NCBI GenBank assembly: GCA_050084515.1
Contig: CM114271.1
Coordinates: forward strand, 17,608,001 to 17,672,000
Origin: Blasia pusilla
Taxonomy: Eukaryota
DNA: 64,000 bases
Direction of reading: 5' to 3'
Part shown: positions 11,610 through 24,580 of the stretch, in pieces
How the letters are laid out: every line of letters starts with the position of its first letter
How positions within the stretch are numbered: position 1 is the stretch's first letter
Notes under the pieces: model-generated
The model's database searches: none
Seen by the model: the letters and a program-made list of their open reading frames with translations, nothing else
Told to the model about the DNA's origin: nothing
Translations under genes and position numbers: made by a program

Positions 11610-12715
11610 ACTATCTCAAAAGTCTAGGAGTCTTGTAGAGATTCCCTTCGAGTTGAGGCCAGAGCCGTTCTCCCCACTTTCTCCTCCTTAGTTACCTCCG
11701 GTCAGTCTGGGCTCCAATCTTCCTTGATGGAAGCCCACTTTGAGGCAGTTTTTAGAGGCACTATGTCTGACGGGAATATCCCCATGGAGGTTAGGGCCCG
11801 TATTCGCTCTTGCTCCGGAAAGGGGGCAGGCTCATGGGTAGGGGCGCGCCCCCTTCTCCAGGCTTTCCGTATCGCACCACTTACCTATACCACAGCGATG
11901 CGGTTCCGCTTGGGCCTCCCCCAACCATCGGTGGTTGGTTGACACACCGCTGCGAGTGTCGCGAGCCTGGATCCACTTGGTGTGCATTTGGCACGTTGTC
12001 GATTGGGGTGAGAGGATAGCCACTCACGATGCGAAAGGCGGGATATCATGTTGATGTATTGCTCGGGAGAGTGGCTTCCATGTGCAGAGAGAGAGGCACT
12101 ACTCCATGCGGGATTCCCTCATTCGTGCCGATCTCTACATGACACGTGAGGCTGAGGTGGTTGTGACGGACGTGGTAGTCACAGATCCTACGCTGGGAGG
12201 CGTCATGCGAGCCCAAGTGGTGGCCCAAGGGCAAATGCTACAAGGAGCGGCGGCGGCGGCGGCGAAGAAGACACATATCTCTGATCGACTACACGAGGGA
12301 CACATCTTCATCCCCCGGCCATAGAGATGTATGGGGCTATGGGGAGAGGTTCGACTTCGTTCCTTACGGGATGCGCCCATCATCTCCACTTGAGAAATGT
12401 GTTGTCCTTAGCTCTCTGCGATTCTCATTGACAGGCGCTGGTCTCCATAGCGTTGCGGCGTGCCAGGCTAATGGGATTTTGCAGCGGGCTCAGGTGTGGG
12501 AGACGCCGGCGCTAGAGGCCCACTTAGTAGTAGTCATAGCTCTCTTGTTGTTCTTGATATTGTCTCTGCTTTGTTGGTGAGTTTCGTCGGGGGGGGAATG
12601 CCCCTTCTTCCTTTTCTGGTCCTGTTGTGGCCTTCAGGTTTTGACTCTTTGAGTCCCCCTCTTTTGTACTTCCGATGGGTTTTCCATCACTCGTTTTTAT
12701 CGAAGTGCATCTTTC
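11610..12715 (+). mobile_element. 5'-truncated non-LTR retrotransposon (RLE-type, CRE/R4/NeSL-like) inserted in element B
   Basis: GAGSW...AMRFRLGLP, a Zn-knuckle CEC...DPLGVHLARC, RIATHDA, and RLE-like RADL...DVVVTDPT...AAAAAKK...FIP. Frameshifted. Confidence 0.75.
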
Positions 12716-14698
12716 GTCCTAGGAGCGGGAGATAGAGCCTCTCAGGCCCGTCTGGCTATGCGCTTGCACCGGCTTCCTCCAACGCACTCCTCTGACGCTC
12801 ACACATGGGACGTAATCAACCATGTCACAAAGCTGATGTGGTTCCGCGCCCTTATCCACTTTGTACTTAGTAGGATCTTGTAACCTAGTTCACATGTTTT
12901 ACTAAACGGCCCTCTAAAAACTGCAAGATCTAACTCTCATCCCGCTTGCTCAAGACATTCCCACTTTCCGGTGATGCTACACATGCCGCCACACTCTGTG
13001 CTACCCTGTGCTGCTCGTTCTCATCAATCTGCACCAGTAAAATCCACAAAAATGGACAGCGCTTGTGCGCACGGCCTTCCAAACATAAAACTAAAAACAC
13101 AAATGCCAACCGACGTCTCAAGGAGCTCCCAACCGAGGCATCGCGCTTGCCGACCTGCAAACAACAAATTCCCTGCCCCCCTTGCATCTTTCTCACGTAA
13201 AATCAAGAGTAAAAACGGCACACACGGCCAAAAACTCCACTCCTCAATCTACATGGGCATATTGAGCCTCGTCCACCCTACGCTATCAAGGATCCACACG
13301 CTAGCACCCAGTCCTAACTCACACACACAAACAAGACAGGATGCTCCAACGTCCCAACATGAGAAAGATGGCTTGAAAAAGCCATCTTCGTCCCTTATAT
13401 AGATGTGGGAATAGCCAAAAGGCTCTTCCCCCCAAAATAGCAACCCCCTAGTAACCTACGCGCATAGGTTACCAAGGGCGGATGATCTGCTAAACAAGTC
13501 ACCCAGTTGTGAAAGACCCCAATAAGAAAGTCGTAAAAAATGACGTTCTTGACACAACGGATCTATCCTCAGCCTCATCCAACACTTCGGGACGAAGTTA
13601 CACTCAAAAAAGTCGGATGGCTCTCTATGCTGTCGCCACGATAGATTTCTACCTATCGGCTTCTAAGATATGAGATCCCACCCAAGAAAAACTCCGACCC
13701 CTCAATGATATCTATATCGATAATGTCAAGGGGGGACTCCAAGGGAAGGGAGTGTGCAGATCAAGGGAAGCCAAGGATTCTAGATGAGGTAACCTTGGGA
13801 GATCCATTGACTCGAACTATAACCAATATATAATCCATACTAGATCTAACCAACTACCCATATAATCAAATCCTTCCCATGAGAGGAGTAGATCAAGGTA
13901 AGTAGTTGATGAACAATGCAATGAGTGACCTTGGGATTGACACCAATTATTTATCCCATGGGCAATTGGTTGTTTATCAAAGTGTGCACACGTAGGAATG
14001 GTTCTCCTACCATGAACTTTGTTGTGCTTAGTGGACTTTCCTTTGTTCGATGTACTATAAACCATCTCTTCTACAAGGTTACCACAAAGATATAAGTTAA
14101 GATAATAATGCATCCCCTCACAATGCTTTATAACTATTTACCTTATTGATAGTAAAAATTCTGCTAAGTTATCTCCATTCTTGATTTCAAAGTGCATATG
14201 CATCTACCCCATCCCAAAATTATTCATAACACTTTCACACTCACAATCCATCTCTATTCACAACACTTTCACACTCAAGCATGGTAATATCTTTCTCATG
14301 ACTCCATACATTGGCAAATAACGGATGTATATCCCATATCTTTCTCTTGATTCTCATGTTGGAAAATCAGGCTTATCTATCCTCAACCTTGCTTCGATCA
14401 TACTCTTGCCAACATGAAGATCTGACTTATCATGTATTCCTCTTTTGATGCCACATGATCTTTCACTCTAATATTTATGTCCTACGGAAACTATGAATGT
14501 CGATCTTGGAAGCACAAAAATTGGGAATTTTTACATTACTAGAGACTAGGCAAACTCCAAGGTGGGGGGGGGGGAAGGGAGATATTTGATTATCATCACA
14601 TATATATATGTGCGACCATAAAAAGACATTGAGAGACGTCAAAATTTGGCACACCTTCCACCCCCTCTCTCTCATAGACAGAGTCCATTCAACTTTTG

Positions 14699-14832
<134 letters not shown>

Positions 14833-14844
14833 GTAGATAACCAA

Positions 14845-14985
14845 GAGGTTAGCTGAACAAACATAAAGTCCTCTTGAAGAGGTCTTGGGTTCAACTCTCC
14901 CCTTGGACAGTGGGGGGCGATCTCAACCCCAGAGCAGTGGCGTCCCCTATCTAGGGCATGGATGGTCCATATTCGAGAGAGAAAA
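14845..14985 (+). mobile_element. Possible tRNA-derived SINE
   Basis: Weak A-box (TAGCTGAAC), B-box GGTTCAACTC near 14888, GC-rich body and purine/A-rich tail. Confidence 0.3.
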
Positions 14986-15203
14986 CGCCTTGTGTGCCTT
15001 TCATGTGTGTGCCTTGACAATGCTCCTAGGTTGAAAATATGGATAAAATTCTAGGCCTTCACAAAGAAAAAAAAAAAACAAAAACCAAATCTCCTCAATA
15101 AGAACCCCAAATCTAGATATGAAGGTTCCCTTCACATCGGATGCGATGTCAATTTCACATATGTGGAAGGGGTCCCATAAGCCAGTTCGACTTACCATGG
15201 ACT

Positions 15204-15208
<5 letters not shown>

Positions 15209-15262
<54 letters not shown>
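15209..15262. repeat. (CT)n microsatellite
   Basis: Direct reading. Confidence 0.98.
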
Positions 15263-15266
<4 letters not shown>

Positions 15267-16443
15267 GTGTATCATGAGCCAGATAAATAATATCCTAGTA
15301 GGAACACAAGTAAGATGAACGTCATTATAAATTGTGACCTTATCCAACCTTGATTCCTTCCCATAAAAAACTAGGGTCCATGGAAACAAACTCCCACTTT
15401 TTTAAATGATCATGAGTGCATAGAAACTAAGATAATGCAATGCCCTTCTATGGAACCAATGGAGGCTCTATGAGGACATACTCTCACATATACACAATCT
15501 CTTACCTAGTCTATTTCTATTCCTTATAGTTTCGATACAAAAGCACAAGTGTATAGCCCTTGCCATGTACGGGAGTGAAGGGACCAACCATTCTGCACAC
15601 CAATTTAACTTTTTTTCTTGTTGTCCGTAGTACGGGAAACATTTTCTTGCTGTCCAATTGCAATGTGTCAAGCATACAGGTGTTTGCAAATCAAGAAGAC
15701 CCTCTCCAATAATAATATAAATGAATCACGTACACTCATACAAAACTATGAAACATATATGGACACATTACTTTATCTTGATTTCTACTCACAAGAAAGA
15801 CAAAGTGAGTATGCATTACACATGAACATTTGCAACAAGTCAAAAAGTCACCAAACGTCATGCCAACGAAGATGGAATTCATGCACTCAACTCATACTCT
15901 CCTTCTCAATCCTCCTAATGTACTAGGGCTCACACAAACCCCCACCTCCATCCAAATCAATGTCCGGGGAGAACCGGGGTTACTTGTTGAGCTAACCGGA
16001 AGAAATAAAAAATTTACAATTCAATTTCTCAATCACCAACCAAAAACCGACAGTATAGGCAGGTTCTCTATTGTATTTGTAAGGTACTGTTCTATTTTGT
16101 AGAAACTGGAAATATACCTTCTCACCAAAAAAAAACTACCCAAATCCGTGCCATCCCAAACCCGGAGTCAATTTGGCAACCACTCATCAATACAATGATC
16201 ATAGACTTCCTATTGGGATTGAATCTATTCCCAAACCTAGAGGGACATGGATACATGTGGATCATGGACATGTGTAGGATGTGCATCATTTAACTCATAC
16301 TCCCATACCACCATAGCCCCCCATTTAAGGAATTTCTTTAGCCGTTAAAATTCGCGTAAGAAGGGATGCTTTGGGTGGCCCCATTACTCTCGAGGTCAGA
16401 AGGTGCGGAAGGAATGGATCCCGTGTTTTGACGCGAAAGAGCG

Positions 16444-19400
16444 ATGGCGTCAACAGGGTCCAAGCAGCTCCAGCTGAGCACGAGTATTCAGGCTAGTTTT
16501 GGCAATCCGGAGGACCCCGATTACGTATTCGAAATAGTCGCCAAGTAAGATTTCAAACTCAGCGATGTGTTTGCGATTGTCAAATCTGTCAAGCGGGTCC
16601 AGGATTGCCTGTGTAGGTGTGAAATTTCCATGCGGATGGGTTTTGATCAAAGGGCCTTGAGAGATTATGCTGATTGGTTATCCAATATTTGGCGTTTTTT
16701 GGATTCATTTGGCTCAATGCAGTGTGCGTTGATGAGATTTGGATTTGTTGGTATGAATTATAGTCGTTTCAGATTTGAGTAGGGGAACAGGATTTAGGGT
16801 TTAGGGTTCAGCAAAAGCTCAAATGGCGATGGCGGAACTGGTTCTGGAGTTTGAGTAGTGGCTGCTGTAGTCTGTGGACGTCTGTACATGGGTTGATTCG
16901 TGTGTTTAGCGGTGTTTGGTTTCGGAGGTCCGAACCTAGTACTGAGTTTTTGTGAAAATTGGACGGGTCTCAGTGGAGATAGATCTGTTATGGCAGTTTC
17001 TCTTTCGACAAATGCCATCAAGCTCTACTCTCCTGCCACGGGAGCATTCTTGGGAGACTGCTTAGGGCACACAAGCACTGTCAGTGGCATCTCATTTCCT
17101 GATCCCAATTCGCCAGCGTTGCTTGTTTCTTCTTCAGCCGATGGGACAATCAGGACCTGGGACATTCGACAACGCAAAGAGGTGCGTTTCGCAGCTGTAT
17201 GGGAACTAGTTTGCTGATGTTCTGGAATGTTCCCATGTAATGCTCAGGGTTTATGAAAACTGAACGAGTTTTGACATACTTGCAGAGTCTAGTATTTAGA
17301 CATCCCAATGCTGGCAGTGAGATATGGAGCTTCGATTGTTCAAAAGTCAACCACCTCATCGCTGGAGGTGGAGAGGCTCAGGTGATCATCGCCCACCCCT
17401 CGATACAGTTCAATACGTGCATTTTATGAGTTTTGCATGAATCGATAGCTTCTTTACCGTAGAAGGGATACTGGAATTGAATTTGGTTTTGAGTGCATGA
17501 GTTTTAAAATAATGTATCTTATGAAAATACTGCTCTAGGTGCTCCTCTGGGACTCAAGGAACTCGAAGTTGGCAGCCAACATGGACGAATGGCACACTGA
17601 AGCTGTCACTCAGGTTTGTGATCAGCTCATATATTTGGCCTCACAAATCAACTCATTTTGCCCTGGTGATGTCTGATACTTTGCTGGGAATTGTAGATAC
17701 GCTTCAAATATGTGAGTTATTTATGGCTTCCAAACTAAAGAATTTTAAGGTTTCTCGAAACCAGGTTTTGTATGATCTGAAAGTCAAGCGTTCAAGGTGT
17801 GAAAGAGCTCTTCGTGTGACCTTATCTCAGTGGGTGGTCAGTGTGTGTCCTTTCATGCCCTTCACTCTCAGCCTGGGTTGATCACTGATGGATTACTCCC
17901 GCTTGTTTAGAGCAAATGTGGGACGTTCCATATGGAAGCATCTCTGACATCCAAAGGAGCTTTGAAACTCACCCTCATATAATGCCTAAGGAGATACCTG
18001 TAAGGAAGATTCAATATCCTACGTCAGTTGCATACCAAATCTTCCATAAGTTGCATACCCAATCTTCCATAAGTAAGAATTGTACTGGTTAGCTTATACT
18101 CCCACTCTGCCCATACATTGTTGGGCACAGACTCGAGTACATCTCAGGGGCATTAACTGTGGTTTTACTCTGCCATTTGGCCTCTCATCTCCATTTCATT
18201 TTGGTAGCCTGATTATCTAATTTTTTCCAGACCTGAACGCATGGCATTCATGTTGTGCAGGTTCACTTTCACCCAACAAGGACGGAGGAGCTAGTTACTG
18301 CATCTGTGGATGGGCTTATTAACATTGCTAATACAAATGAAAGCCTCAGCAGTGACGAGGGTCTTAGTACTGTACGTTCATAAACGTCTTCATTTAATTT
18401 TCAATCTAGCAACTGTAACATGCTTTAGCAGTTTCACAGAAGTGTCTGTCAGACAAGTTTGTAGACAGGGGGATGGTGTTGAATTGTAATGATTCACTGT
18501 CAACAAGTGAGCTCTTAGAATGTCATTTTGTATGGTTCCTCATAGGTCTCGCAGAAGAGCTGAAGATAACCACATTAATGACTTCAAGTCAGTTTACATG
18601 TATGTTACTGATATTTTATGACTTTTGGTGCTATTACAGACAATGAGTGTTGGAACATCAATAGCAAAAATTGGATTCTATGGGAGTTCAAATCAGCTCC
18701 TTTGGTGTCTCACCCACATTGAAACCCTCAGGTGACTTTCTTTTCTGGTGGTTGTAATATCTTAAGTAGCAGGCATTGTTGTGGATTTGGAAGATGTAAT
18801 TCAGTCATTCATATGGACAACAGATCATTATCTGGTTATGCTAACAATAGATTAGAAGAGCGTTGTGTCTGAGGAAAACCAGATCTAGTTGTACCATGGT
18901 TCACTCTGCATTTTTGAATTGCAGTATCTGGAATATGGATGACCAAAACGAAGCAGCTACTTTCACTGACACACGTTCAAAGGCTTCTTACAATTGGAAC
19001 CTACCTTCTGTAAGTTTTAAGCTGTCCACTTCCGTCAAAAGCAGCTGAAATAGAAGTACAATTATTTTGTTCAGAAATTATTTTATGTTAGGTTGGTGGG
19101 GCAATTTGAGTTGATGAATCTTCACCTAGCAAGTTTGTAGGCTTTATAGCAAGTTTGTAGGCTTTGATTTGAGGCTCTGTGGAGCGTTCATCTCGTTTAG
19201 GGTGGTCCATCCAAGAAGACCACTTCACAATGTTTTAATGGATGAGAGAGCAGGTGGAGCTGATATCTTTCCTCACATATTCAGGTGAACTATCTCATCG
19301 ACTGTCACTCTCCAGCTGGGACCGAGAACCTCTGGCTTGCAGCAGGCAACAATGACGGTTCTGTAGGGTACTTTCCTGTGAGTTTTACCAAGTCTAGTCA

Positions 19401-19659
19401 CCCAGATGTTCCTACTCAGGGTGCCTTTGGTGAAGTTGGGGCCGTCTTGGAAGGAGGTCACCAGGGTGTGGTGCGGAGCATTTGGTTGTCTCAAAACATG
19501 GAATCTGAGCAACAGCTCTTTGGTTGGACTGGTGGGGAAGATGGTAGGCTTTGCAGCTGGTCACAAAGTGGCAGTTCTGAGAGAAGTTGTGCTTGGGTTT
19601 CGAGTAATTTAGTCATGAAGAAAGGCAGCAGCTCGAAACAAAGACATAGTCCCTATTGA
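16444..19659 (+). CDS. GTS1: WD40-repeat protein, WDR89/GIGANTUS1-like (multi-exon; span given)
   Basis: Exon 1 MASTGSKQLQLSTSIQASFG..DYVFEIV. Later exons read AVSLSTNAIKLYSPATG..GHTSTV..SSADGTIRTWD, HTEAVTQV, ASVDGLI, LWCLTHIETL and LEGGHQGVVRS..WTGGEDGRLCSW..RHSPY*. Introns have GT-AG borders. Confidence 0.9.
16792..16808. promoter_or_regulatory. Telo-box-like TTTAGGGTTTAGGG in intron 1 of the WD40 gene
   Basis: Two plant telomere units near the 5' end of the gene. A similar AAACCCTA lies at 50020-50027, upstream of TAF2. Confidence 0.45.
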
Positions 19660-22149
19660 GGATATTGCTGGGCTTCTGAACTCAGGAACGAGACTGGCTA
19701 AGAGCCGCGAAGTTCTTCCCTTGGTTACTGGCGACAGAGATTCATACTGATTGCAGGCTGACTACACTCACTAAGTAATTCCTGTAGCTGCCCTGCAACC
19801 ATAGACCCCACACCATGATTGGACAGTGCGACCATAGATAGACCAATAGTTAAGTAGTGCATGTCTTAGCATTGCAAGGATAGACTCAGGCCCTGGTTGG
19901 GTAGTGCCGGCTTTGGTAAATGTAAGGACTTCATGGCAGCTATGGAGAATCCAGTTTAGAATTTTCTAACATACACCCGCTTGCTGGGTTTATTCTTCCA
20001 CAGTCAGAATTAAGTGAGCAGATTTTCGTTCAGTCATGACAGCGTGGTGTAGAAATCAATAGGGGTTTAGGGTGGCATAGAAATCGTAAGGTGTTGAGGG
20101 TTTAGGTTACAGAACAGTAGACATTATTACTATGGCTAGCTCACTTCTTTAAATGTTACTGAAGGTAACCAATGCTTTTTGTCAAGTTTCTTTAGTGAAT
20201 TTTTAACAAAAGGAGAAACAACACGTTTTATTCACGACTGTTTGTCATATTGGTCTCAAGATTTTATCTAAGGCCTATGCCTGCCATAGTTAGCCATCAT
20301 CTAAATGGAGCCAAGGATGAGGTTAACTCAGGTTGGGATGTGAGGAGGATGGACATGATCTAGGTGCCATCGTACACATGATGGTTTGTCCACACGAAGT
20401 ACCATGTGAAACAAAATCCAACACCGATTGTGAAACCCCTCTACATAAATGCACAACCAACAATAGTAGATACCCTAGAAGAAGCCCACAAAAATGGTTT
20501 TCTCTACTGTAATTAACAATGGTAACTTGAAACACAACCCAGAAGTTCTCACAAACTTGGTTGTAACACCAACTCCTCTTTTCTTAAGCACTACTCACTC
20601 CTCTAATGGTATGGCGCAGCTACGTACATAATGTCGTGGCACTTGACGATGTGATGCAAACATAGATAACACGCCTCTTATCCGTACCTCAAACTAAAAA
20701 AATGTTCTCTAAGAAAGGTGAGCTCCTTGACCAGCTCTTTGGATAGTCATTCCTTTACTGCAAGGATGACCTATCTTAGAGTCAAAGCTTGAGCTCTTTG
20801 GATATTCATCGTATTCTCTAATCCACTACAAATGATATGATGGGTCCGTAGCTATGTTTGGAAGATTCCAGTACAGAAATATGAGCCTTCTTAAGCCCTC
20901 CCTACCCCCAACCATCAAAGAAAGTGACCTATATACACAAGTCACCCTAACCTATATAATACGTTCAAAGAACTCTAAGGAGACAACTTGTACACACAAA
21001 ACTACTTAGCCTACATACAACCCCTCCCTTCACCTCATTTATCTATTTTGGCTTCAATACAACTAGCATGAAAAAGTTATTTAGAAGGGCACTTTGAAGG
21101 ATTCAAAATAGGGATATTTGTTTCAATTGAGTAGATTCTTCAAATCCTTTTTATTGTATCTATTTTATTATGTCAATACTCATTTTCTTTTTATGATTTT
21201 ATTATGTCAATACTCATTTTATTTTTATGATGTCAATAAGGAAAACTATTGTGTCATAAGTTTCAAAATTTTATCTAGGATAGTGCATCATGTTGGAAAA
21301 CTTTCAAAGACACTTGCCTTTACCCTCTTTTCTTAATTGTGATGAAACTCCCATCTCGAACATTGTAAGCGGAAGACCCAACTTGTCATGCTTCTTGCCA
21401 AGTCTTGCGAGATCAGGTCAATTAAGTTAGGCGATGTAGATGGTAACCTAAGTCTCTCTTAGAGCGTAACTTAAATCTCTTGGTAGACCCCTAGGTTGAC
21501 CCTTGACCAAACTCTCTTGATCACTCATGGGTGCTAGAGAGTGGTTTGTTGACTCTTTGCCGTAATCCTCCAATAGTATGCTAACTTATAGTTAGGATCT
21601 TATAGTGGTTACCCTTGATTCAAGTCATTAGTGGGGAGGGGGAGGGGACGAGAGATTCCTACCTAGAATTTATGGATGATGAACTTTGGAAGTTGGGATG
21701 AGTCCGTTAAAAATAAGGGGTTTAAACCCATAAGGAATGGACCGTATTCAAGGCCACCCCACTTACATTAGCATAAACTTAAAACCATTAGTTTAGCATG
21801 TGAACTAGGCTCTCTTCTTAGTCTCAAGAAGGTCTTTTACTCTCCATTAGTATGTCTTCTCTTTTCATAGTCTAAGTTGTGCATCAAAGGTACTAAAAGT
21901 AACATTATCAATAGTGAGAGAACTTTGCATTGTTTTATTTCTTCATTATGCAACTGGATTTTCATCATGGTATTAGACCTGTGTTTAATGTTAAACTTGG
22001 AGATTGCTTTATTGCAAAGTTTTTTTCATTGATTTATGTTTCTTTAGTTTTCCTAATTTTTCTTCTCATCTAAAACAAAAATGGTCTTACACTTTATATA
22101 GAATTTTCATTGTAAAAAGCTCATCGACATTGCTTTTATTTCATTTCCC

Positions 22150-23600
22150 ATAGCAATGGCTTCTTCATCATCCAATCACCGCCTTAAACGGACCGATAGA
22201 AGAAACTATAGCACGTGGTCTTTTTCTATGATGTATTTATTGAGTGCTTAGAAACTCTTTAAGTATGTAGAATGGAAAATCGAAGTCCAAGTGAAGAAAA
22301 TGCGCGTGCGAGAGACAAATGGGATGAGGAAGAGATGGAAGCGAGAGCATAGATTTTTTTGCATATAAAGCCATTGCGAAAGTGTAGGATAGCAAAGGAG
22401 ATGGGGGAAGTGTTAGCTCAAGTCAACATGTGTATTGTACTCGGCTGAACGTCCCCGCCCCCATTGGGGCGGTCATAAACGGCGAGCAAGCTCGCCTTTC
22501 AAGGATCTTCATGATAGAAGATAGAATTTTAGACACATAAGCAACATAGTTGTGGTCCTCTTAATGCGAGAGATAATCAAGAAGAATTCAGCAAAAGCAC
22601 CAAGATCATTAGTAGATTTTGTTCGCATTGATTTTGCTACCGATGTGCATATCCAAGGGGATCGAACCAAGATCCAAAATTTGGATGAAAGAGCATCCAT
22701 CCAATTACGAGGCTATGATGGCAATATAAATAAATCACGTAGACAAAGTGAGATGCATTCCACATTTTTGGGTTTTAAGGGAGAGCGCACTCCGATGATT
22801 GTGAAGAATTTACATTGGGTGTCTGGTGCACAAGATATGCTTGTTTCGGCTGCAATCTTGTGCAAAAGGGGTTGCAAATTCAATTTGGATGGAGATGGGG
22901 TAGATTGGTTCCTACTGTCTAGAGATCTCCTTGCTCATGGCAACCTTGAGGGAAAGGCTTCTCTCATGTGTTATGAAATTGAGGAGACCACAATTATGGC
23001 AAAAGCTTGTATTCTTGCCACTCGGTCACTTTTTGAGTGACACCAAGCATTGGCATCAACAATTTGTGAAGCAGAGCTTACAAGAGTTGTTGAAGGTTTG
23101 AAGAAAAAGAGCTAATGCCAACATGTGAGGCAAGTATCGTCGAGAAGGAAGCCCATAAATTCAAAATGGGTTTTTTGCACCAAGTTTGCATCAAATGGAT
23201 TATGAGCGTTCAAATTACGATAAGTTGCAAAAGGCTACTCCCAAGTCGAATTTATTGACTATCATGATACTTTTGCACTTGTGGCACGTCTTGCAACAAT
23301 TCGTGTGTTTTTCACCTTAATAGCTACTCTGCATTGGAGTGTTCAACAACTTGATGTTGTTTCAGCTTATTTGAATGGAGAACTTAAGGAGGATAATATC
23401 TTCATGTTAGTATCTTAATACTCCTCCAAAGCACAAAGGCAAGGTTGTGCGACTGCTAAAGACTTTATATGGTGTGGAGCAAGTTGGACGTGGATGGAAT
23501 GAGAAATTGGATTGCTCCTTATTGGAATTTGGTTGGAAACACTTTGATTGTGACCCATGTCTCTACACAATGAAGATGGATCAATTGGTCTTCACTATGC
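22150..23600 (+). mobile_element. Degenerate Ty1/Copia fragment (gag/protease remnants and RT)
   Basis: KWVFCTK, VAKGYSQ..IDYHDTFA.VARL.TIR, QLDVVSAYLNGEL, LLKTLYGVEQ.GR.WN. Confidence 0.8.
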
Positions 23601-23929
23601 AATGGGATTTTCATCAAAGTCTTGTGGCTACTCTCCCCATATTGACTCTAAGACTTCAAACTCTCAATAAGCCATTGTCTGGACATTTTGTGGATTCCAA
23701 TTTTTGTGGCTTGGTATCTCATGCTAGTCTTGCTATGGTTTGCCCTTCCTACGAATAGTTTCAAGGCTCCTCTTGAATCTTGATTGATGTAAGTTTTCCT
23801 CCAATAGCTTGGAGGACCACTATATAAAATCTTCATTGATATCTTCTTCCATCTCCCATGGCTGCATGGATGATCTCAGATAATTTGATTCATGTTTGAT
23901 GTATTAAGAGGTCCTCTCTTATCTATTCA

Positions 23930-23960
23930 CTAGTGTAAACAAGTGAAATGCACGAGTTTA
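23930..23960 (-). mobile_element. Helitron-like 3' terminus
   Basis: Imperfect hairpin AAACTCGTGCATTTCACTTGTTT followed by ACACTAG|T on the minus strand. Confidence 0.45.
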
Positions 23961-24280
23961 AATTACTTCTAATAATAATATATACATTAGGAATTTTTTC
24001 TAAGAATCCTATTTTTAATGTTTGGATAATGGATAACCCTATCTAGTAAGAAGAAACTCCAAGTAATGGAACAAGTTATCCCATGATTGATTTTTTTTAT
24101 TACAGGACTACTGGGCCACAAAACCGCCTAACACTTTAATTATTAGGGAGATACCTCAACGGTCTCAAAATCTCTTCCCTGAAGGGGTCCACGTAAGTGC
24201 ATGCGGAGGGCTGTCTATCCGCGCCGCCACACTCGCTAGGAGACACCCAAGGCGTTGCTTTTCGGGAAATATTGAACTTT

Positions 24281-24580
24281 CGCTCGCAAGAAAGCGTTAG
24301 ATCTCGTCCGGGGACATGATCGTATTTTTTTCTCTCAAGAAAGCGTTGAATTTCATGAGGAGATATCCTAACTCTGCTCGCAAGAAAGCGTTGGATCTCG
24401 TCGGGAGACATCATAACTTTTCTCTCAAGAAAGTGCTGCATTTCGTCAGGAGATGTCATAATTCTGCTCGCAAGAAAGCGTTGTATCTCGTCAGGAGATA
24501 TCAGAAATTTTCTCTCAAGAAAGCGTTGGATCTCATCAGGAGACATCCAACTTCTGCTGCACGAAAGCGTTGGATCTCTA
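24281..24580. repeat. About 45-bp tandem repeat (about 7 units, alternating subtypes) inside ORF 24136..24945 (-)
   Basis: The core CAAGAAAGCGTTGGATCTCGTCAGGAGA recurs. On the minus strand it translates as SPDEIQRFL(ERK/ASR). Confidence 0.9.

Larger units (their letters stand above)
7734..13664 (-). mobile_element. Related Ty3/Gypsy-type family B element, internally deleted (5' repeat, gag, protease remnant, MTase motif I, PPT, repeat B, truncated 3' repeat)
   Basis: The 5' repeat start near 13664 (ATCTTAGAAGCCGATAGGTAGAAATCTATCGTGGC) matches the truncated 3' copy at 7777-7734. Gag ORFs 10413-8408 are homologous to family A. TATA-like CTATATAAG near 13400. The 3' repeat is interrupted by family A copy 2. 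Confidence 0.78.

Noticed and set aside
13700-14470. LTR-like or Copia-like remnant
   Set aside because: It is too degenerate to define termini or protein motifs. The same applies to ~20300-21900.
20063-20107. Telomere-like GGGTTTAGG units
   Set aside because: There are only two isolated units in a short local duplication, not an interstitial telomere array.
24281-24580. CRISPR-like regularly spaced repeats
   Set aside because: The variable parts are only about 10 bp and related to each other, the repeats are degenerate, there are no cas genes and the context is eukaryotic. This is a tandem repeat.
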